This document shows, in pieces, positions 56,490-64,000 of a DNA stretch of 64,000 nt; within the stretch, counting starts at the first letter, position 1, and each line of letters opens with the position of its first letter. The stretch is from an uncultured Candidatus Rokubacteria bacterium. GTDB taxonomy: Bacteria; Methylomirabilota; Methylomirabilia; Rokubacteriales; DASRDR01. The stretch covers positions 96,001-160,000 of the forward strand of contig CAVPSB010000032.1 in the NCBI GenBank assembly GCA_963708025.1. The letters are read 5' to 3'. A model generated the notes under the pieces. That model was not told the origin of the DNA. It worked only from the letters and a program-made list of their open reading frames with translations, and searched no databases. The translations under genes and the position numbers were made by a program.

Positions 56490-57596
56490 TCACTTCACGT
56501 TGGCGCCGACGACCGCGTCCCACTGCTTGGTGATGACCTGCTTCGCCTGGTCCTGCTGCTCGAGCGTCGGGAACACCGCCTTGGCGTAGGCCTCGGCCGG
56601 CGGGAGCTTGGCCAGCACGTCGGCGGGCACCTTCTTGCTCTTCACGAGGTCCTGGAAGCGGATCGGGTGGCAGTAGCCCTTGAGCCAGCCGAGCTGGCCC
56701 TCGTCGGAATAGAGGTACTCCATCCAGAGCTTGGCGGCGTTGGGGTGCGGCGCAAACGCGCTGATGGCCTGCACGTAGACCCCGGCCACCACGCCGCTCT
56801 TGGGCACGACCACCTCGACCTTGGGGTTGCCCTTGAGCGTGTCGCGATCGGACAGCGCGTTGTAGTCCCAGCGGATCATGATCGGGGTGGCGCCCTGGGC
56901 GAGCGACGCCACCTTGCCGATGACCGGCACGAAGTTGCCGGCCTTGTTCAGCTCGGCGAAGAACTTGAGGCCCGCGTCGGCCGCGCCGCCGACGCTCCCC
57001 TTCGCCGCCGACAGGCCGGCCGCGAAGACGGCCTGGATCGCCTGGTTCGACGCCCGCGGGTCGCCGGCCAGGGCCACCGAGTTCTTGTACTCGGGCTTGA
57101 GCAGGTCCGACCAATCCTGGGGGATGGTCTTGACGATGTCGGCGTTGATCTCGAACGCCAGCACCCCGTAGTAGTCGCCGTACCAGTACCCCTCGGCGTC
57201 CTTCTGGTCGTTCGGGATCGTCTCCCAGGTGGCCACCTTGTACGGCTGGAGCAACCCGTCCTTCTTGGCCGAGGGGCCGAACGACAGCCCGACGTCGATC
57301 ACGTCCGGCGCCTGCGGGCCCTTGTTGCCCTTGTTGGCCTTGATGGCCTCGATCTCGTCGCCCGAGCCGGCGTCCGGGTTCAGCTCGTTCACTTTCAGGC
57401 CGTACTTCTTCTTGAAGCCGTCGATAACCGCGCCGTACCCGCACCAGTCGTGGGGCAGCGCAATCACGGTGAGCTGGCCTTCCTGCTTGGCGGCGGCGAT
57501 GAGCTGGTCCATTTTCCCTTGCCCGGGGGCCACCCCGATGAGGGCCAGGACGACGAGCGCAGCAAGGGTGCCGGTCCAGATCCAGGTGCGGTTCAT
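56490..57596 (-). CDS. ABC transporter substrate-binding protein (PotD/AfuA-like superfamily, substrate unknown)
   Basis: Signal peptide after GGAGG, AAKQEGQL, APDVIDVG, APHPNAAKLWMEYL. Confidence 0.9.
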   Translation of the reverse strand: MNRTWIWTGTLAALVVLALIGVAPGQGKMDQLIAAAKQEGQLTVIALPHDWCGYGAVIDGFKKKYGLKVNELNPDAGSGDEIEAIKANKGNKGPQAPDVIDVGLSFGPSAKKDGLLQPYKVATWETIPNDQKDAEGYWYGDYYGVLAFEINADIVKTIPQDWSDLLKPEYKNSVALAGDPRASNQAIQAVFAAGLSAAKGSVGGAADAGLKFFAELNKAGNFVPVIGKVASLAQGATPIMIRWDYNALSDRDTLKGNPKVEVVVPKSGVVAGVYVQAISAFAPHPNAAKLWMEYLYSDEGQLGWLKGYCHPIRFQDLVKSKKVPADVLAKLPPAEAYAKAVFPTLEQQDQAKQVITKQWDAVVGANVK

Positions 57597-57690
57597 GATT
57601 GTGCCTCCCTCGAAGATCGTGCGGACGGTTCGGTCCACTCGTCCCGCAACGGTCCTCCATTCCCATGATGTTGTCAAGAGCGGCCGCCGC

Positions 57691-59208
57691 CTACTCGCGG
57701 GCCCAGTCGCGGGCCCGGGCGACCGCGCGCTGCCAGCCGGCGTAGAGCGCCTCCCGCCGCGCCGCCGGCATCGCCGGCCGGAAGGCGCGGTCGAGCTGCC
57801 AGAGCTCGCGGAGCGCTCGGGGATCGCGCCAGAGGCCCACGCCGAGGCCCGCCAGGTACGCCGCCCCGAGGGCGGTGGTCTCCCGCACGCGCGGCCGGAG
57901 AACCGGCAGGTCCAGCAGGTCGGCCTGGAACTGGCAGAGGAAGTCGTTCTCGGTGGCGCCGCCGTCCACCCGGAGGTCGGCCGGGCGGCGATCGGCCTCC
58001 GCCGCCATCACGTCCAGCACGTCACGGGTCTGGTAGGCGATCGCCTCCAGCGCGGCCCGGACGACGTGGGCCCGGGTGGTGCCGCGCGTCAGCCCGACCA
58101 GCGCGCCGCGCGCGTACATGTCCCAGTACGGGGCGCCGAGGCCGACGAAGGCCGGGACCAGGTAGACCCCGCCGGTGTCCGGCACGGAGGTGGCCAGCCC
58201 CTCCGAGTCGGCGGCGGTGGCGACTAGCCCGAGGCCGTCCCGCAGCCACTGGACGGCGGCGCCGGCGACGAAGATCGCGCCCTCCAGGGCGTAGGTGACC
58301 TCGGGGGGCCCGCCGCCGGGGGCCGGCATGGACCACGCGACCGTCGTCAGGAGCCCCCGGCTGGATCGAACCGGCTTGCCCCCGGTGTTGAGGAGGAGGA
58401 AGCAGCCGGTGCCGTACGTGTTCTTGGCGTCCCCGGGGTGGATCGCGCCCTGGCCGAAGAGCGCGGCCTGCTGGTCGCCCGCGATGCCGGCCACCGGGAT
58501 GCCGGCCGGGAGGACGCCCAGGTCCGCCGTCTCGCCAAACAGTCCGGAGGACGGGCGGACCGCCGGGAAGACCTCGCGCGGGATGCGGAGGTAGCCGGTC
58601 AGCTCCGCGTCCCAGTCGAGGCGGTGGATGTCGAGGCAGAGCGTCCGGGAAGCATTGGACGGATCGGTCGCGTGGACGCGGCCGCCCGTCAGGTTCCAGA
58701 GGAGCCAGCTGTCCACGGTGCCGAAGGCCAGCTCACCCCGGGCGGCCCGGGGCCGCAGCGCCGGCTCCGCGTCCAGCAGCCAGGCGATCTTCGTCCCCGA
58801 GAAATAGGCGTCGCAGACGAGGCCGGTCCGCTCGCGGACCAGCGACTCCAGCCCGTCGGCCCGCATCCGCTCGCAGAGCGGGGCCGAGCGCCGGCACTGC
58901 CAGACGATGGCCCGGTGCACCGGCCGGCCCGTCGCCCGCTCCCAGAGAATGGTCGTCTCCCGCTGGTTCGTGATCCCGATCGCGGCCAGCTCCCGCGGGG
59001 CGACGCCGGCCGCGGTCAGCGCCGCCGCGGCGGCGTCGAGCTGGGTCTGCCAGATCTCCCCGGGGTCGTGCTCCACCCAGCCGGGCTGCGGGAAGTACTG
59101 CGGCAGCTCCCGGTAGCCGCGGGCGCGGACCGCCCCCTCGGCGTCGACGACCAGCGCCGTGGAGCCCGTCGTCCCCTGATCGAGCGCGAGCACGTAACGC
59201 CCGCGCAT
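57691..59208 (-). CDS. glpK: Glycerol kinase
   Basis: [47 protein letters not shown]. Confidence 0.97.
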   Translation of the reverse strand: MRGRYVLALDQGTTGSTALVVDAEGAVRARGYRELPQYFPQPGWVEHDPGEIWQTQLDAAAAALTAAGVAPRELAAIGITNQRETTILWERATGRPVHRAIVWQCRRSAPLCERMRADGLESLVRERTGLVCDAYFSGTKIAWLLDAEPALRPRAARGELAFGTVDSWLLWNLTGGRVHATDPSNASRTLCLDIHRLDWDAELTGYLRIPREVFPAVRPSSGLFGETADLGVLPAGIPVAGIAGDQQAALFGQGAIHPGDAKNTYGTGCFLLLNTGGKPVRSSRGLLTTVAWSMPAPGGGPPEVTYALEGAIFVAGAAVQWLRDGLGLVATAADSEGLATSVPDTGGVYLVPAFVGLGAPYWDMYARGALVGLTRGTTRAHVVRAALEAIAYQTRDVLDVMAAEADRRPADLRVDGGATENDFLCQFQADLLDLPVLRPRVRETTALGAAYLAGLGVGLWRDPRALRELWQLDRAFRPAMPAARREALYAGWQRAVARARDWARE

Positions 59209-60014
59209 CAGGGGGTCCCCCGGAGCCGGAGGGCCAGGTCCGGGCGATCCGTGGTCACGTAGTCCACGCCGGCCGCCAGCGCCGCCCGCAGCTCGTCCGG
59301 ATCGTTCACGGTCCACACGCCGATCGTCAGGCCCGCCACCCGGGCCGCCGCGACGGCCCCGGGCGCGAGCAGGGTCCGCTCGATCCCCAGGTCGTTCGCC
59401 TTCGTCGCGGCCAGGCGGACCGCCGGCACGATGCCGCCCAGCCGCTCGGCCCCGCGCCGGCTCAGCAGCGCGGTCAGCCGCAACGTCGGGGCCAGGGCCC
59501 GCACGCGCTCGAGGGTGTCCCACTCGAAGGCCATGACGGTGGTTCGCCCCGCCAGGCCGGTCTCGCTCAAGAGCCGCACGATCTTCTCCTCGATGCCGGG
59601 ATAGCGCGCACCGTTCGCGTCGACCTTGATCTCGAGAAGGAGCCCCGGGGCCCGGGGCGACCTCAGGAGATCGAGGACGTCCCGCAGCCGCGGAACCCCC
59701 TCGTCCGGCGCTCCCTTCAGCGTGACCGTCGTGAGCTCGGCCCAGGTCCGCTCGGCCACCAGTCCCCGGCCCGTGGTGGTCCGGTCGAGCGTGGGGTCGT
59801 GGAGCACCACGACCTCGCCGTCCCGGGTCAGGTGGACGTCCAGCTCGACCAGGTTGACGCCGAGCGTCAGCGCGCCGCGAAACGCCGCGAGGCCGTTCTC
59901 CGGCCAGAGCGTCGCCCCGCCGCGGTGGGCCGCGATCCGGGGCCGAGCCGGGCCGGCGGTCGCCGTCACGACCAGGAGCAGCGCGAGCGCGGCCGCGAGC
60001 CGGGCGACGCCCAT
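59208..60014 (-). CDS. Exported glycerophosphodiester phosphodiesterase (GlpQ/UgpQ family)
   Basis: Signal peptide, [28 protein letters not shown]. Confidence 0.92.
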   Translation of the reverse strand: MGVARLAAALALLLVVTATAGPARPRIAAHRGGATLWPENGLAAFRGALTLGVNLVELDVHLTRDGEVVVLHDPTLDRTTTGRGLVAERTWAELTTVTLKGAPDEGVPRLRDVLDLLRSPRAPGLLLEIKVDANGARYPGIEEKIVRLLSETGLAGRTTVMAFEWDTLERVRALAPTLRLTALLSRRGAERLGGIVPAVRLAATKANDLGIERTLLAPGAVAAARVAGLTIGVWTVNDPDELRAALAAGVDYVTTDRPDLALRLRGTP

Positions 60015-60017
60015 GCT

Positions 60018-60149
60018 GTTCTAGACCTCCCGCCCACCCCGATCCTTCGACGGCCTTCGGCCTTTTCGGCCCCCTCCCCCACCGTTGGACGGCCTTCGGC
60101 CTGTGGCCGGGGGGAGGGGGAGTGGGAGGCCCTCATGGGTCCCACGTTC
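60018..60149. mobile_element. Family A element abutting the TGA stop of the upstream gene
   Basis: Highly similar to 23115-23245, including both micro-modules. Confidence 0.7.
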
Positions 60150-60764
60150 TCACTGAGACATTTCGGCCAGCTCTTCCATGTAGTGGCGTGCGTAGTCCTC
60201 GAAGCGCACCCAGTACCGGACCGGCGGCGAGTACCAGTAGCTGTCGAGCCGCTCGCCGGCACCCCCGAGCCGGTCGACCCGCACCGCCAGGAACACGCCG
60301 GCCAGCACGTCCACGCGGGCCAGCTGCGGGGCCACCTGCCAGGTGTTGGCGTACCGGCCGTCGCTCTTGCCGTCGCGATACTCGAACTCCTGGCTCCAGC
60401 TCTTGCCGGGCATGAGCGGCCAGTCGAAGTACCGGGCGGCCGGCTCGAACCGGTTGATCGGGCGACCCCGCGACTCCTGGCGGCTCAGGTGGAGCTCCCG
60501 CGTCCAGTAGCGCGTGAACTCCTCGTTGAGCCGGGTGATCCGCATGGTGTAGCCCTCGGGCGTCGCCTCGACCACGTCGTGGGTCACGAGGCTGGCCACC
60601 CCGCCGAGCGAGCTCGTCGGGTTCCGCCGGAACACCCAGCGGTCGCCGACCTTCCACTCCGGCCGTCTGCAGGTCGGCCTCGGGCGGCTTGGGCGGGGTC
60701 GTCGCGCAGCCGGCGACCAGGGCCAGGAGCCCGAGGACGGCGACGAGCCCGCCTGCCCCCTCAT
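60150..60764 (-). CDS. Putative lipoprotein of unknown function (two apparent compensating indels in the leader)
   Basis: Alternate frame gives LVAVLGLLALVAGC lipobox; body RPEWKVGDRWVF...YWYSPPVRYWV. Confidence 0.65.
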   Translation of the reverse strand: MRGQAGSSPSSGSWPWSPAARRPRPSRPRPTCRRPEWKVGDRWVFRRNPTSSLGGVASLVTHDVVEATPEGYTMRITRLNEEFTRYWTRELHLSRQESRGRPINRFEPAARYFDWPLMPGKSWSQEFEYRDGKSDGRYANTWQVAPQLARVDVLAGVFLAVRVDRLGGAGERLDSYWYSPPVRYWVRFEDYARHYMEELAEMSQ

Positions 60765-60826
60765 TCCGGGACCTCCGGCCACCCCCGGAGGGACCGATGC
60801 TTCTCGGGCCCTCACCCCCCGGGTTT

Positions 60827-61688
60827 TCATTTCTCGCTCTCGATCAGGCCCTTCACGAACCAGCGCTGCATGAAGACGACGACGGCCACCGGGGGCACGA
60901 GCGCCATCATCGCCGTCGCCATGATCAGGTTCCACTCCGGGATCTCGCCAGCGTCCCCGGGGCCGATCAGCTTGGTCGATCCCGATGACGACCGTGTCGC
61001 ATCTCCTCGGAGTTCGTGATCATGAGCGGCCACAGGTACTGGTTCCAGCCGTAGATGAACAGGATGACGAAGAGCGCCGCGATGTTGGTCCACGACAGCG
61101 GCAACAGGATGGACCACAGGAACCGCAGCGGGCCGGCGCCGTCGATCTGGGCCGCCTCGACCAGCTCGTCCGGCACCGTCAGGAAGAACTGCCGGAAGAG
61201 GAAGGTGGCGGTGGCCGAGGCGATGAGCGGCACCGTCAGGCCCCAGGAAGTGTCGATCCAGCCGAGCGTCGAGATGACCTCGTAGGTCGACATGATCCGG
61301 ACCTCGACCGGCAGCATCAGCGTGATGAAGATCATCCAGAAGAAGAACATGCGCGCCGGAAGTCGAAGAAGACGATGGCGAAGGCCGACAGGATCGGAGA
61401 TCGGCGATCTTCCCGACGGCGATGACCAGTCGCCATCACGAGGCTGTTGGCCATCATCCGAGCGACCGGCGTGCCGGGCGCCGCTGGCCGCTCCCCTGCG
61501 TCCAGGCTGGCGGGAGTTCTCGGCCGCGAGGGCCGCCCGGGTACAGCGGCCAGGCGCCCGCGGCCGATGGTGCCGACGTCGTGGGTCGATCCGATGAGGG
61601 CCATGTAGATCGGCAGCGCGAACACCGCCACGCCGAAGATGAGGACCAGGTGGGTCAACCAGCGGCCGCGGCCCCCGACCTCGACCAT
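60827..61688 (-). CDS. ugpE: sn-glycerol-3-phosphate ABC permease UgpE-like (several indels)
   Basis: [56 protein letters not shown] across frames. Confidence 0.85.
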
Positions 61689-61689
61689 T

Positions 61690-62572
61690 CTAGTAGTGGA
61701 CCCGCCCCTCGATGTAGCGGAACTGGATGGCGGTCAGCGCCATGACCACCGCCATCAGAATCACCGACTGGGCCGACGAGCCGCCGAGGTCCAGGTTGAC
61801 GACGCCGTCGACGCACAGCCTTGTAGATGAGGGTCTCGGTGGCCTTTCCGGGGCCCCCGGCCGTCAGCGCGTGGATGATGCCGAACGTGTCGAAGAACGC
61901 GTAGACCAGGTTGACCACCAGGAGGAAGAACGTCGTCGGCGAGAGCAGCGGGAACACGATGCTCCAGAAGCGCCGGTGGGGGCCGGCGCCGTCGATCGAC
62001 GCCGCCTCGATCACGGATTTCTGGATCGCCTGGAGCCCGGCCAGGAAGAAGAGGAAGTTGTAGCTCACCTGCTTCCAGGAGGCGGCCAGGATCACCAGCA
62101 GCATGGCCTGGCTCCCGTCGATCTTGTAGTCCCAGGCGATGCCCGCGGCCCGCAGCGTCCGGCCCAGCCACCCCACCGACGGATGGAAGATGAAGAGCCA
62201 GAGCACCGCCGAGACGGCAGGGGCGACGGCGTAGGGCCAGATGAGCAGGGTCCGGTAGGCGGCGGCGCCCCGGATGTGGCGATCGGCCATGACCGCCAGG
62301 GCCAGCGCGGCGCTCATCGACAGCCCCGTCACCGCACTGCTGAACAGCACCGTCCGGCCCGCCGACTGGAGATACAGGGGGTTCGTGAGCAGCACGGTGA
62401 AGTTGTCGAACCAGACGAAGGTCTGCCGCAGACCGAAGGCGTCCTGGAGCAGGAACGAGTAGTAGACGGCCTGCCCGGCCGGCCAGAAGAAGAAGACGAG
62501 GGTGATCGCGATCTGCGGGACGAGGAGGAGGTACGGGAGGAGCTTCGCCTCGAAGACGACACGCCGGGTCAT
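61690..62572 (-). CDS. ugpA: sn-glycerol-3-phosphate ABC permease UgpA-like (indel near 3' end)
   Basis: [43 protein letters not shown]. Confidence 0.88.
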
Positions 62573-62606
62573 CGGCCCTCATCTCGCCGATTCGCCGGCC
62601 GACCCT

Positions 62607-62634
62607 CCCGGGCCCCGCACTCCCGGGGCCCGGG
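62607..62634. other. 11-bp GC stem-loop after ugpB (possible mRNA-stabilising hairpin)
   Basis: CCCGGGCCCCG / CGGGGCCCGGG; no U-tract. Confidence 0.5.
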
Positions 62635-62651
62635 CGTGGACCGCCCGGTCA

Positions 62652-63990
62652 CTACTTGTTGGCCCGCTCGAAGTTCCGCAGCACCACGTTGCCGCGCTTC
62701 ACGGCGTTGTCGAGCGCCTGCTGGGCGGTCTGCTGGCCCTGGAGCGCCTTCTCCATCTCCTCGTAGATGATGGTGCGGATCTCCGGCATGTTGCCGAGGC
62801 GGAGCCCCCGGGAGTTGTCGGTCGGCGGCGTGCGGGTGAGCTGGAGGATCGGGATCTCGGTCGCCCGCGTTCTTCTGGTAGTAGCCCGACGCCTTGGTCC
62901 GCTCGTAGGCCGCGAAGGTGATCGGGCAGGAAGCCGGTGTCCATGTGCCACTTGGCGATGACGTCGGGCTGGCTGAGGTAGCGGAAGAACTCGGCCACCG
63001 CCTTGTACTCCTCCGGCCGTCGGTTCGGCGCCGTCATGACCCAGAAGCTCGCCCCGCCGATGATGGAGTTCTTCGGCGCGTTCGGCGCGTCCGGATAGTA
63101 CGGCAGCGGGGCCGCGCCCCACTCGAACTTCGCCTCGCGGACGACCCGCCCACGGAGCCCGGACGAGCCGTGGAGGATCGCGCACTCGCCCGAGGGGAAG
63201 AGCGGCGTCGCCCGCGGCGTCCCGCCCACCGTACTTGAAGGTGCCCTCCTTCTGCATGTCGATCAGGGTCTGGAGGTGACGGACGTGGAGCGGGCTGTTG
63301 ATCGTGAGCTCGGCGTCGAAGCCCTGGCCAGCCCGTTGGCCTTCGTGGCCAGCGGCACGTCGTGGAGCGCGCTGAACTGCTCGACCTGGATCCAGGTCGG
63401 CCAGGCGGTGCTGAAGGCGCAGGCGCCGCGTTGGCGGCCTTGATCTTGCTGCGCCGCCTCGTGCATCTCGGCCCAGGTCTGGGGCGGCTTGTTCGGGTCG
63501 AGCCCGGCCTTCCGGAAGGCGTCCTTGTTGTAGAACATGATGGCGGTCGAGCTGTTGAACGGCATCGACATCATGCTGGCCGTCGAGCAGGCTGTAGTAG
63601 CCCTTGCACCGCCGGCAGGTAGATGTTCGGGTCGAGGGCGACGCCCGTCTCCTTCATGCAGCTCGTGAGACGGGCTTGATGGCACCCTTCGCGGCCATCA
63701 TCGTCGGCGGTGCCGACCTCGAACATCTGGACGATGTGCGGCGCGCTTGCCGGCGCGGAACGCGGCGATGGCGGCGACCATCGTCTCGGGGTAGGCGCCC
63801 TTGAACGTGGCGTTGACCTGGTAGTGGGTCTGGGCGTCGTTGAAGTCGGTGGCGATCTGCTCCGAGCAGGCCGCCGGCCGGCTGGTTGAGGCCGTGCCAG
63901 AACTCGACTGGACGCGCTGCTGGGCGGCGACCGGGACGGCGGCCAGACGAGCGCGACCAGCACGAGCACGAGGAGACGTCGACCCGTCAT
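62652..63990 (-). CDS. ugpB: sn-glycerol-3-phosphate-binding protein UgpB-like (many indels)
   Basis: Fragments across frames: PHIVQMFEVGT, SMPFNSST..FYNKDAF, NSIIGGASFW, RGLRLGN. Confidence 0.85.
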
Positions 63991-64000
63991 GGCGAGATCC

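Noticed and set aside
57655-57680. Promoter at TTGACA upstream of the second ABC binding protein
   Set aside because: No acceptable -10 hexamer at 16-18 nt spacing.

Overview
High-GC bacterial core-genome window in which every real gene lies on the minus strand. In transcription order: ugpBAE-like glycerol-3-phosphate ABC genes, a lipoprotein, glycerophosphodiesterase and glpK; two ABC importers; a split Fo ATP synthase cluster (atpZ-I-B-E) followed by rex; mfd; a SurA-like PPIase; rho; rpmE-prfA-prmC-murA; hisGDBHAF(IE); lipoprotein-mlaEFD; radA-PIN/TRAM-ispD-ispF-cysS-rlmB; a tRNA(Thr,Tyr,Gly,Thr)-tuf-rpmG-tRNA(Trp)-secE-nusG-rplKAJL-rpoBC block; then rpsLG-fusA-tuf and rpsJ-rplC-rplD. Gene content indicates a diderm. 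It resembles Methylomirabilota/Rokubacteria, but that is an unverified impression. Several essential genes (tuf copy 2, prfA) and others carry 1-bp indels that look like long-read errors. No transposase, phage, CRISPR or defence genes are present. The unusual signal is intergenic: at least five families of short hairpin repeats fill operon-internal spacers. One family sits at TGA stop codons, duplicates TGA in two copies and supplies a Shine-Dalgarno sequence. A single ~21-nt GAA-triloop micro-module occurs 11 times, always nested in these other repeats, with empty and filled versions in the same window.
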